Part shown: positions 51,318 to 60,640 of the stretch, piece after piece
Position numbering within the stretch: the first letter of the stretch is position 1
Layout: each line of letters begins with the position of its first letter
Assembly (NCBI GenBank): GCA_017992555.1
Contig: JAGOOK010000004.1
Coordinates: forward strand, 1-63,233
Direction of reading: 5' to 3'
DNA: 63,233 nucleotides
Source of the DNA: Caldisericia bacterium
GTDB lineage: Bacteria; Caldisericota; Caldisericia; JAAYUI01
Translations under genes and position numbers: made by a program
The notes under the pieces: model-generated
Database searches by the model: none
The model's input: only the letters and a program-made list of their open reading frames with translations
What the model was told of the DNA's origin: nothing

Positions 51318-51391
51318 GCGCCCATAGCTCAACTGGATAGAGCGGTGGCCTCCGGAGCCGCAGGTTAGGGGTCCGAATCCCCTTGGGCGCG
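51318..51391 (+). tRNA. tRNA-Arg(CCG)
   Basis: GCGCCCATAGCTCAACTGGATAGAGCGGTGGCCT-CCG-GAGCCGC...AGGGG-TCCGAAT-CCCCT-TGGGCGCG; atypical T-loop; no encoded CCA. Confidence 0.92.
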
Positions 51392-52021
51392 CTTTCTTTT
51401 TATGACATACACCCCGGCACATTCGGAAATTTGAGAATAGGACACCAGATAGCCCAAATCAGAAATCCTTTTTACAAGAGTACCTGCGTCCCAGTAAAAC
51501 TCGTCATCATCCCAAAGGTCAAGGTATCTATTTCTGCATTCATCAAGCCCGGTTCGATCCTCAAATGAGATGTCACCAATGACCATGAATCCAGCTTCTT
51601 TTATGTGATCACCAAAGCATCTTTCGATTATCTGGAGCTTTGTTGCATCACAAAATTCATGAAAAAGATAGTTCGAAATCACTCTGTCAAATTTTTGCCC
51701 ATCCAGAAAATCAAATGGTTTTGTGACATCAGCCTGAAATATCCTAGCTCCTGGAACATTGGTTTTGCATCTTTCAACCATTTTTGGCGAAAAATCAACC
51801 CCCACAACGTCTTTTGCGATATCTGCATACAGCATGGCGAGTGCTCCTGTGCCAATGCCAAGTTCTAGTACGGAACACTCTTCGTTAGTATCTGAATGGC
51901 TTAAAACAGAAAAAAGCACGTCCCTGAAACCAATAAAGGGAAATTCATCGTTCTCTGTGCAATTGTCATATCGGGCCGACCACTCATCAAAAAGGGCCTG
52001 CCTGTCAGGCTGTTCAGTCAC
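51365..52021 (-). CDS. Class I SAM-dependent methyltransferase
   Basis: VLELGIGTG, GVDFSPKM, FDRVISNYLFHEF, GFMVIGD. Confidence 0.9.
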   Translation of the reverse strand: MTEQPDRQALFDEWSARYDNCTENDEFPFIGFRDVLFSVLSHSDTNEECSVLELGIGTGALAMLYADIAKDVVGVDFSPKMVERCKTNVPGARIFQADVTKPFDFLDGQKFDRVISNYLFHEFCDATKLQIIERCFGDHIKEAGFMVIGDISFEDRTGLDECRNRYLDLWDDDEFYWDAGTLVKRISDLGYLVSYSQISECAGVYVIKRKRAQGDSDP

Positions 52022-52484
52022 TTGGCTGAATATTTTTGGATTTTTGGGACTGAGATTTTAGATAATCCCTGATCTTTGCAGCATCTTCAAAACGTTCTTC
52101 CTGAATTGCCCTTTCAAGGTCACTTTTGAGCGACTCGGTGCTTTCCCTAGAGAGCGAGAATTCATTTATAATCGCACCAAGCCTCTCCTTGAAGGCAATA
52201 TAGCAAGCTGGGCAACCAACATAATTATCTTTTACAAAAGCAAGGTATTTTTTGCCACAATTTGGACAGGCCAGATCAATGTCCTTCTGTTCCCTTGCCT
52301 GTGCAACCACGCTTGAGAGCCAGTCAGAAACGCCCCTTTGGCCAAAAGTGGCTTGGGCCCTCCTTGACTCCAGCATTTTTTTTGCGCAATCGTCGCATAT
52401 ATATAATTCAAGGACTTTCGTTGAGCCTATCACCTGAACATAGTGCCCAGTCGCTTCCTTTTGTTTGCAAATCTGACAAAGCAT
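52014..52484 (-). CDS. mcsA: McsA-like protein (CxxC motifs + UVR domain)
   Basis: CQIC, CDDC, CPNCG, GCPACY, AIQEERFEDAAKIRD. Confidence 0.88.
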   Translation of the reverse strand: MLCQICKQKEATGHYVQVIGSTKVLELYICDDCAKKMLESRRAQATFGQRGVSDWLSSVVAQAREQKDIDLACPNCGKKYLAFVKDNYVGCPACYIAFKERLGAIINEFSLSRESTESLKSDLERAIQEERFEDAAKIRDYLKSQSQKSKNIQPSD

Positions 52485-52526
52485 TTACACTTCCTTTCAA
52501 AACCAATTATAATATAGGGGAATCAG

Positions 52527-52874
52527 ATGTCCACCATTAAAGGAATAGGTTTTGACCTAGTAGATTGTGACAGATTCAGGGCCATGGCCCAAAAAAGGCC
52601 GACCCTGATTGAAAGGCTTTTTTCTCCGGAAGAAATTGCCTATGCGAATAAATATTCGGACCCGACAGTTCACCTTTGCGCATGCTTTGCGGTCAAAGAG
52701 GCCTACCTGAAAGCGCTGGGCACTGGAATCAATGGCCAGGTGCTGAAACAAATAGAGATGGGGCATGAAAAAACCGGGACCCCCTTTGTCACCATCTGCG
52801 GTGAGAGGGTCCCGGCGCTTGTTTCAGTCAGCCACACCGACAAAACTGCCGGCGCTGTCGTGATACTTTTTTAA
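52527..52874 (+). CDS. acpS: Holo-ACP synthase
   Basis: GIGFDLV, FSPEEI, FAVKEAYLKALGTG, VSVSHT. Confidence 0.95.
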   Translation: MSTIKGIGFDLVDCDRFRAMAQKRPTLIERLFSPEEIAYANKYSDPTVHLCACFAVKEAYLKALGTGINGQVLKQIEMGHEKTGTPFVTICGERVPALVSVSHTDKTAGAVVILF

Positions 52875-52875
52875 C

Positions 52876-55800
52876 CTACAATTGCTTCTTGCACTTTGTC
52901 GAATCGGGTGGAATAATTACTGTTATCTGCTTGAGCGCACCATTCCATTCGACTTTCTGCCCAAGCCCGTCTTCAATGAACTTTCTCATTGGGAGGAAAA
53001 GCGAACCATTTTTGTTTTCTGATTTTATTGGCATCGTAATCACAACTGGTTTTTTTCCTTTTTCGGTTTTGGTGAAAGTGTCCTTGTTCGCAGTGTGCTT
53101 GATTATGGTACCATTTGGTAATGTGATCGTTACCAGTCCAGCTTTGTAATCTACCGTCCCGCCCATCATCTTTTCTGCAAGATATCTCAACGGAACAACT
53201 GTATTTCCTCCTCCTTTTTCATTTGAAACATATGGAGTTGTGGGAAGTGGTGGATTGGGCTCTGCTCCGTTGATATTTGGCTGTTTGCCATCACCAGTTA
53301 CCCAGAGCCTGGTTTCAGTGCCCCACCAGATTGTGTGCTTGAGGGTTGTCTTGTTGCCAGCCTGGTCAACAATTTCAAATGATACTTCGTTGGCGCCAAA
53401 CTTCTTTGGCTGGTAATCATAATAGAACATTCCATCAGGCTCGACCTGGATTATCTGGGAACCCACAGAAACCAGTGCTTCTGGCTCTGTTTTGCCCTGG
53501 ATCTCTACTGTGTTGCAGTGTGATGATTCTGCCGGACCTGGCTTGATTGTGCTGGCCTGTGGTGCAATTGTATCCTTAATGATGGTGACCTGTTTTGTCT
53601 GGCTGTTACCTGCATCATCTTCTGCAACAATCGTGAAGACATTCTTGCCTTCGTTCAAAGTGACAATGCTTTCAAAGTAACCGGCATTCGGAACTTTTGT
53701 TGTGTCGCCTTTCGGGTCTGGCTGGACAATTGGAACCTGCTTGCCATTGATGAGGATGTTTGGGACAACAAAACGGAGCTTTTCAGTGTCTTCATACATC
53801 GCAAGTTCAGTTGAATCACCAATGCCTGCGATTTTGTAGGTATTTTCCCTTGTAAGGACAGTATCGCCAACTGGATATGTTATGTTAAAAGTCGGGGCAA
53901 TCGTGTCAATCTTGAAGTCATAGGATTTGAGCTCTTCGGTTCCGTAGGTATCCTCAGCGTACCAATAAAGGGTGTCAATACGCTGTGCATCAGCAAGCGG
54001 TGACCAGTTCCCCGGTTCCCATTTGATGTACTGGTCTTTTTTCCAGTTCCACCAGACCTTTATTGTTGCGGTTTTGGAGGTGCAGACAAAATCAATTGAT
54101 GGTGGATGGATAAACCAGCCATTTTTGCCATCTGGCTGTGGTGGTTTTATGAGTAGAGTTGTTTCAGGGATTGGAGGAGCAATAAAGAAAGCCACCGATT
54201 CTCCACCCTGCTGGTCTTTGCTGGTTATCATGGTGATCTTGTAATCTGTCGAACTGGTCTCTGGAGACACAATACCAGAAGTTGGACTGATAACAATCTT
54301 GAATGCCCCACCATTCTGGATCTTTGATGGTATTTGGATTGTGAGCACATTGCCAGAACCAGTTGCAGACTGCACCTGGACACCATTAATGGTCATGCTG
54401 TCAGAAGGGATGTTTTCTGGTATGACGGTTGTGTTCGGGAAGGTGAGTGTAAATGATGATCCAGCATCAATATCTCCCGTAAAGGCAAGGCTTCCCTCAA
54501 TGGTCCAGGTTGCAATGGCCTTGGCATTGATTGGCTTCACCAAAACATTGTCAATGGTAATACGCTTGATGATGATTGAGTATTCATCTGTTGTCAGAAC
54601 ACCGTCAGAACCCTGTGATGTAAACTTGATCGCATAAGAACCTGGCTGTTCAGGGTTTCTTATCTTCGAGGCTTTCGTGAATTCAATCATTACTCCGCCT
54701 GGCTGAATGACTTTTGGTGCATAGAGCTGTACTTTGAGTTCATCAATAACAACCCTTGGTTTTAGCTTGCACGGTGTTCTATCAACCAATACTGAATCAG
54801 CCTGGATGAATTGATTAACTGTTGTTCCTTTTGGGAAAGAAACTTCGATAATGTCATTTTCTTGCAGTTTGTTTCCAATCTCCACAGAGAACTTGTAATC
54901 TGCAATCTGGGAAGCATAAGGGGGATCAACAACCGGCCTCTGACCTGCTCTTTTTATTTCATAAGGATTTGAGTCAACGATCGTTGGCTCAAAATTGGTA
55001 TAGATCTTTACCTGATAGCTCCCTCTTGTTGGAGGGTTGATTATTCCAGCTTTTTCAGAGATCTGGACATCAACCTTGCCACTATTTTCTACCGAGACAG
55101 GGGTAATGAAAGACATGGTGCTTGATAACTGGTGAATGTTTACATCAACGCTAAGAGGCATCCCATTGACTTTTATGAGTGGGGGATCAATTGTGGCAGG
55201 AAGTTTTGCCGTCTTTGGGAAAACAACTGTAACACGTGATTCTCTGGCGTCAATAGAGCCACCTTCACCAACATTGAACAAGATATTATATCCAGAAGCT
55301 TCTCCGATTGCTGGATTTGTAAGTGTGATATTGGCAGGTGAAACCTGGGAGCGCACGACTTTAAGAGCATTTGAGAAAATAACATCAGGTTCAGCCTCTG
55401 TTGATATGCCAACCTTGTAATATCCTGGTTCAGGGGCATTTGTAAAACCAGCTCTGTCAGCAATTGTTATCGGAACTGGATCATAGGGGCCATTTGGATC
55501 AAGCTGGATGTGGGTCCTGAAGAGGATCGAGTTTTCATTGTCAAGCCCAAACTTCTCAATAAATTCAGGATTCTTGCGCTTGTTGGTCTTTATTTCCGGA
55601 AGACCCTGGCATTTTGTGCATGGAGAGGTTCCAATATAAATGGAAGTCAATATTCTCTCAAGCTCATGGTCCCAATATTCGGAATAGCCACCTTTTGGTG
55701 GGACATCCGGCATAGTCCACTCTGGCGGGAAAGTCACCTTGAGCCAGCCATGTATTCCAACTGTTTCGTTAATATCAATAAGAACCTTGTATGTTGCCGA

Positions 55801-55944
55801 TGTTGAAACCTGTGATGGCTTGAAATACCAGATGTTGAAATTCGATATTTTTTCAGTCCTTGCATAAGAGGGTGACGGAATATTGACAAACAACGAGAGG
55901 ATTATGGCCAGGATTGCCAGGAACGTAGAAGTTCTCTTCATCAT
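52876..55944 (-). CDS. Large exported surface protein: repeated Ig-like beta-sandwiches + C-terminal stalk domain
   Basis: Signal peptide; ~4 repeats with (V/I)xFPxxTxxP...NP..PGxYxxxI; DTIAP-delimited Ig modules; VVPLRYLAEK and FLPMRKFIE stalk motifs. Confidence 0.75.
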   Translation of the reverse strand: MMKRTSTFLAILAIILSLFVNIPSPSYARTEKISNFNIWYFKPSQVSTSATYKVLIDINETVGIHGWLKVTFPPEWTMPDVPPKGGYSEYWDHELERILTSIYIGTSPCTKCQGLPEIKTNKRKNPEFIEKFGLDNENSILFRTHIQLDPNGPYDPVPITIADRAGFTNAPEPGYYKVGISTEAEPDVIFSNALKVVRSQVSPANITLTNPAIGEASGYNILFNVGEGGSIDARESRVTVVFPKTAKLPATIDPPLIKVNGMPLSVDVNIHQLSSTMSFITPVSVENSGKVDVQISEKAGIINPPTRGSYQVKIYTNFEPTIVDSNPYEIKRAGQRPVVDPPYASQIADYKFSVEIGNKLQENDIIEVSFPKGTTVNQFIQADSVLVDRTPCKLKPRVVIDELKVQLYAPKVIQPGGVMIEFTKASKIRNPEQPGSYAIKFTSQGSDGVLTTDEYSIIIKRITIDNVLVKPINAKAIATWTIEGSLAFTGDIDAGSSFTLTFPNTTVIPENIPSDSMTINGVQVQSATGSGNVLTIQIPSKIQNGGAFKIVISPTSGIVSPETSSTDYKITMITSKDQQGGESVAFFIAPPIPETTLLIKPPQPDGKNGWFIHPPSIDFVCTSKTATIKVWWNWKKDQYIKWEPGNWSPLADAQRIDTLYWYAEDTYGTEELKSYDFKIDTIAPTFNITYPVGDTVLTRENTYKIAGIGDSTELAMYEDTEKLRFVVPNILINGKQVPIVQPDPKGDTTKVPNAGYFESIVTLNEGKNVFTIVAEDDAGNSQTKQVTIIKDTIAPQASTIKPGPAESSHCNTVEIQGKTEPEALVSVGSQIIQVEPDGMFYYDYQPKKFGANEVSFEIVDQAGNKTTLKHTIWWGTETRLWVTGDGKQPNINGAEPNPPLPTTPYVSNEKGGGNTVVPLRYLAEKMMGGTVDYKAGLVTITLPNGTIIKHTANKDTFTKTEKGKKPVVITMPIKSENKNGSLFLPMRKFIEDGLGQKVEWNGALKQITVIIPPDSTKCKKQL

Positions 55945-56038
55945 AAATGCCTCCTTGAAAAGCTTTATTACAGACTATTTTACCTTTCCACAAGTACAAC
56001 CTTAAGCCTGTTAAGGTTTTCAAAACATAAGCTCATTC

Positions 56039-56067
56039 TTGACTTTGTTTCTTTACTTTGTTAACAT
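56039..56067 (+). promoter_or_regulatory. Sigma70-type promoter for the MFS gene
   Basis: TTGACT-N17-TAACAT with TGn extension. Confidence 0.55.
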
Positions 56068-56082
56068 TTGCCAAGCCACAAA

Positions 56083-57366
56083 ATGCAGATAAATCCAACG
56101 CAATTTAAGTTCAATGGACAATATCACCAAAACCAAATTTTTACTTTTTTTAAGACATACCCAATAAACACAAGGCTTATTTTAATGGCCACTTTCTTTG
56201 CGGGTCTTGGTGCCGGAATAAATGAAGTCAACTTCAACTATTACCTATTGTCTCTCGGGTATAATGAAATTTTTATTGCTACGCTCACCTCTCTCGGAAC
56301 ATTAACGGCAGCAATCGCTTCCATACCAATGAGCTTTCTCGTCAACAAAGTAGGTAGAAGAAATGCAATTGTAATTAACCAGCTGATTTCATGGCCATTG
56401 TTTCTATTGCAGGTTTTATTGCCAATTTCTCCAATAATCCTAGGCGCTTCGGTAATCAGCTCACTGGTCTCAACAATGCAGGGGCTTTCAGAAAGACCGC
56501 TTCTCATTGAATCGACTGAAGAAGGCAAAAGGGTAAATGTTTTTTCTCTTGTGACCATGACATCCCTGGTTGCCGTAATTTCCGGTAATTTCTTTGGTGG
56601 AAAATTAACCTATCTTGCAACGCAAATGTTCTCTCTGCCTGCCGAATCGCCATGGGCTTACAGGGCAGCGCTTTTTTGCACATCGCTTCTCTCTGGGATA
56701 GCCATGAACTGTTACTTGAGACTAAAGCATGTCCCGATAAGTGCGGACCACTTAGACACAAGAACAAACAGCCATTTTTTCAAAAGGCTCTTCGGCAACC
56801 TGGAGAGTTTTGGTTTCATCTGGAAGCTGCTTCTGGGACAAATGCTCATTGGATTTGGAGCAGGATTCACTGTTCCACTCTTCTCCCTTTTCTTCAAAAA
56901 AGTTTATCATGCCACCGCAGACCAGTGGGGAACAATAAGTTCCATAGCCAAATTGCCAATGTTTTTTGGCGTCATGATATCCCCAAAAATCGCCAGGAAG
57001 TTTGGCAGCTTGAAAACTGTTGTGTTTTGCCAGTATCTTTCCATACCATTCCTCTTGCTGACGCTTTTTGCTCCAAACATAGCTGTGGCCGGTTTTGGGT
57101 TTGCAATAAGACATGCTCTTATGAACATGACAGAACCAATCTGGGCAAGCTTCTACATGGGCATGCTCAAACCAAAGGAGCTTAGCACTGTTTCAAGCTT
57201 TATAACTGTTGGATGGAACACACTCAATGCCACAGGAACAAGGATCGGTGGAAGTTTCCTGGAAAGCGGCAAGCACCAGTGGAGTTTCTATATAACTGGC
57301 CTCGCCTATATCATTGCATCAAGTTTCTATTCGATTGTCTGGCGAAAACACATGCGCAAAACATAA
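56083..57366 (+). CDS. MFS transporter (ORF-track TTG 56068 lies upstream of the predicted TSS; ATG 56083 used)
   Basis: FLVNKVGRR loop, ESTEEGKRVNVFS, IARKFGS; ~12 TMs. Confidence 0.85.
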   Translation: MQINPTQFKFNGQYHQNQIFTFFKTYPINTRLILMATFFAGLGAGINEVNFNYYLLSLGYNEIFIATLTSLGTLTAAIASIPMSFLVNKVGRRNAIVINQLISWPLFLLQVLLPISPIILGASVISSLVSTMQGLSERPLLIESTEEGKRVNVFSLVTMTSLVAVISGNFFGGKLTYLATQMFSLPAESPWAYRAALFCTSLLSGIAMNCYLRLKHVPISADHLDTRTNSHFFKRLFGNLESFGFIWKLLLGQMLIGFGAGFTVPLFSLFFKKVYHATADQWGTISSIAKLPMFFGVMISPKIARKFGSLKTVVFCQYLSIPFLLLTLFAPNIAVAGFGFAIRHALMNMTEPIWASFYMGMLKPKELSTVSSFITVGWNTLNATGTRIGGSFLESGKHQWSFYITGLAYIIASSFYSIVWRKHMRKT

Positions 57367-57369
57367 AAC

Positions 57370-57400
57370 AAAAAAGGGCCACACAAAGCCGCCCTTTTTT
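57370..57400. terminator. Probable terminator between convergent genes
   Basis: AAAAAAGGGC-N11-GCCCTTTTTT. Confidence 0.5.
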
Positions 57401-57417
57401 GTTTAAGCTAATTTAGA

Positions 57418-59874
57418 TCATCCAATCTTCGGGTTTGGTGGATAATATATGTTGATCGTTTTTGACTGGGCTATCCATTCAACAGTTGCCCCAAGCGCTT
57501 CACCAACTGCCCTCAGTGGGACCATTGTGCTTCCTTTGACAATTACTGGTGCTGCTGTGAACTCAACTTCTTTCTTGTTGACAAGCGCCGTTTTACGCCC
57601 GATCCAGAGAACAACTGTCCTGCCTGCAAAAACATACGTCACTTTTTTCTCATTTGCATCCCAGTCAACCTTTGCGCCAAGTGCCTCTCCGATGAAACGA
57701 AGTGGGACAAATGTTGAACCACCAATAATTGATGGTGGGTTGGCCATTGAAACCTGTTTGTCATCAACAGTGGCTGTTGGTGAATTTACTTGTAAAATTA
57801 TGAGTTTTCCCTTTTTAATGCCTTTGCACTCGATTTCGATATTGCCACCATTGCTTTTTATGGTGATTTTGGCGGTTGAGCCCCAATATTCCATCTTCTC
57901 TGAAAACGCCTTTACCGTGAATATAGTTTCATTGCCGGTCAATTTATTTCTGGAGACTTCCACCCAGTTACCCTGAAGTTCAATTGTTCCATCAAGAACA
58001 CCGTTTCCAGAATTCTTTATGGTTATCTGTTTTGTTGGGTTCTCTCCTTGTTTGATCATTCCAAAATCAAGAGATTTTTGATCTGAGGAAATTTTTGGAG
58101 AAATCTTTTCTTTCTGGAAGACCTGAACTCTTAAATTGCCGTAATCCAGCACATACAATATACCATTCGTTGATCTTACTTTCGTGGGTTTTCTAAATGT
58201 GCCTAGATCGGACCAGTAATCCTTGATGGTGTCTCTGGGCTTCGAAGGACTTGTCGAACCTATTGAATAGGCGAAAACTCCGTCAAGGCCAAAAACAGCA
58301 AGCCTGTCATTGCCAGTATCTGCAACTATAATCTGGTAATCACTCGTCAAAGTAAAACTTTCAGGTCTTGAAAGTAATTTCTCACCAAACATTCTGACAA
58401 ACGTTCCATCCGGCTTGAAAACCTGTATCCTCGAATTGACCGCTTCAAGCACATACACGTTGCCATCAGGCCCAACAAAAACATCGGACGGTTCGGCAAG
58501 CTGGCCCTCTCTCACACCTTGTGACCCAAACTGGTAAACAAATTTACCTATTTTATTGAACCTTATTACTGTGGCTTTTTCACGGTCAACAGCAAGAATT
58601 TCGCCGTCTTTGGACTGGGAAAATGAAGCAATATTTTGAGATACCTTGTCAACATTTACCACGTCTGTGGAGGGATTTCCAGAACAATCATAGGTTCTAA
58701 GGGTGCTATTTGAAGGATTATATGCAAGTACACTCCCTCCCTGAGAGGTTGAAAGTGTCAGTTTAACAACATTCTGTCCATACTGTCTTGTCCCGGTAAC
58801 ACCATTCTGGCCAAAAAATTGCATGTCGTTTCTGTGGGAATCAAAAACTGCAAAACCATTTTGTCCACAAACCGCAAGATCAACAGGATTCCCAAACTGC
58901 ATGGGTTTGCCACCAAATACACCGAACTCGCCAAGAGGTTTGCCCTGAGAGTTGGTTGCAAAAAACCTGGAGCCATCAACTGCATAGATATTCCCATTAA
59001 AGGCAACGCAAAAAGCTAGAGGCACAGAACCAAATCCTGCAATTGCAAATTCTGAAATTTTGCTGCCTGTTTTGTCATAAACTCTTACTAGAGAAGAATT
59101 ATTGCCCATAAAACAAATATTGCCTTTTGGGTCAAATCGTACTTGTCCAGCAGATGGATTGAAGCTTTGACTGGTTTCTACCGGAAATTCAAGCTCTTTC
59201 TGTCCATTTTTGTCAAAAACAGTTATTTTTATTGAATTAAATGGTATTTTATCTACGGGCTCTTCACCGATTGTTGGAGGAGTTACAGTAAGTATGGCTA
59301 CTGATCCATCTTTGCTTATATCACCACCATCAATTGTTGTAACATCTTTACCTATATCAATAAATCTCGATACAAGCTTCCCCCTGTCCGAAATCTTGAG
59401 TAAACCTGATACCGAGTCTATAACCGATATTGACTGGTCAGAATTCAATCTGGCAATAATCGGGTTGACAATGCTCTCGCTGCCAATTCTTATCTTGGTA
59501 AGAATTTCTCCAGTCCTGTTTGCTTTTATAATCTCACTTCCAGTTATATAGCAGACAACACCTTCTGAAGCAGAGATATTTGATTTTATCCTGCTTACAT
59601 CAATATAATCTGGGATCGCAAAAGATTTGTTCAAAATGCCATTTTGCATATATATAGAACAAGTTTTGTTTGCAGAATCGACAACATATATCCAGGCACC
59701 AGATGATTCATCGATGCCTATTGCAGTTGGCCTGATCAATTCACCCGCAAGAGGGCCGTAGCCAATCGCCTTTACTGGAGTGTATCTTTCCTCAGCGGAG
59801 TAAACGGCCCCGGACAAAGAAGCAAAACACAAGGGCAGAACGAGCAAGACAGCAATTTTTTTCCAAACAGCCAT
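57418..59874 (-). CDS. Exported NHL-repeat protein with Ig-like and C-terminal stalk domains (start ATG 59874 after GGAGG; ORF track 59946)
   Basis: Signal peptide; NHL repeats (EPSDVFVGPDGNVYVLE..NSRIQVF, VADTGNDRL); TFVPLRFIGEALGAKVDWD. Confidence 0.85.
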   Translation of the reverse strand: MAVWKKIAVLLVLPLCFASLSGAVYSAEERYTPVKAIGYGPLAGELIRPTAIGIDESSGAWIYVVDSANKTCSIYMQNGILNKSFAIPDYIDVSRIKSNISASEGVVCYITGSEIIKANRTGEILTKIRIGSESIVNPIIARLNSDQSISVIDSVSGLLKISDRGKLVSRFIDIGKDVTTIDGGDISKDGSVAILTVTPPTIGEEPVDKIPFNSIKITVFDKNGQKELEFPVETSQSFNPSAGQVRFDPKGNICFMGNNSSLVRVYDKTGSKISEFAIAGFGSVPLAFCVAFNGNIYAVDGSRFFATNSQGKPLGEFGVFGGKPMQFGNPVDLAVCGQNGFAVFDSHRNDMQFFGQNGVTGTRQYGQNVVKLTLSTSQGGSVLAYNPSNSTLRTYDCSGNPSTDVVNVDKVSQNIASFSQSKDGEILAVDREKATVIRFNKIGKFVYQFGSQGVREGQLAEPSDVFVGPDGNVYVLEAVNSRIQVFKPDGTFVRMFGEKLLSRPESFTLTSDYQIIVADTGNDRLAVFGLDGVFAYSIGSTSPSKPRDTIKDYWSDLGTFRKPTKVRSTNGILYVLDYGNLRVQVFQKEKISPKISSDQKSLDFGMIKQGENPTKQITIKNSGNGVLDGTIELQGNWVEVSRNKLTGNETIFTVKAFSEKMEYWGSTAKITIKSNGGNIEIECKGIKKGKLIILQVNSPTATVDDKQVSMANPPSIIGGSTFVPLRFIGEALGAKVDWDANEKKVTYVFAGRTVVLWIGRKTALVNKKEVEFTAAPVIVKGSTMVPLRAVGEALGATVEWIAQSKTINIYYPPNPKIG

Positions 59875-59933
59875 GTTACCTCCTGTAACACTTACCATTT
59901 TATTATACACCAAGTTCAAATGGTAATGTAAAG

Positions 59934-60575
59934 TCACAACCTCCACGAATGCGCATCCAGAAAAGGGCCACCCAGGTGCTGCGTAGAGTTAAGCGTTTGC
60001 AGGATCCAATTTTCATCATGTCGTGAGAAAACACTTATCGAGCAATTGTCCATCCCTATCAAACCATTATAGGAATCGACAGGGACACCAAGGATGTATG
60101 GTACCATTGCCCAAAGCACGCCACCATGGGAGACGAGCAGAATATTTCTCCCCTCATGTTCACGAACAATCATCTTGCATGATTCAGAAATCCTTTTTGA
60201 GAAATCAACAACACTTTCCCCACCCTCCAGCGTGAAATTTGAATCATTCACAAAGCTTTCCCAGGATTCATGGTTTTTCAAATCATCGATCTTCTTGCCA
60301 TCAAATATGCCACATGCGCGCTCCCTGAACCTCTCGTCAAAACAAATATCCATCCCAAGTTGTTTTGAAATGATGAGGGCCGTTTGTTTTGCCCTCTGAA
60401 GATCAGAGCTGATTATGGCATTTATGCCAGCATCCTTCAGGGCCAAAGCAACCCGTTCTGCCTGGGCAATTCCTTTTTCTGTAAGACCAGAATCATGCCA
60501 CCCACACAAAATTCCATCGCTGTTTCCTTCACTCTCGCCATGCCTGATAAAGATTAATCTTGTTATTTTCGACAT
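59934..60575 (-). CDS. Histidine phosphatase (PGM/CobC family)
   Basis: FIRHGES, SSDLQRAKQTA, GGES, LVSHGG. Confidence 0.93.
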   Translation of the reverse strand: MSKITRLIFIRHGESEGNSDGILCGWHDSGLTEKGIAQAERVALALKDAGINAIISSDLQRAKQTALIISKQLGMDICFDERFRERACGIFDGKKIDDLKNHESWESFVNDSNFTLEGGESVVDFSKRISESCKMIVREHEGRNILLVSHGGVLWAMVPYILGVPVDSYNGLIGMDNCSISVFSRHDENWILQTLNSTQHLGGPFLDAHSWRL

Positions 60576-60640
60576 TTTTGCTCCTGTGATTTTATGTTAT
60601 AATACAAAATACAAAACAAAAAACGTCAAGGAGCCATATA

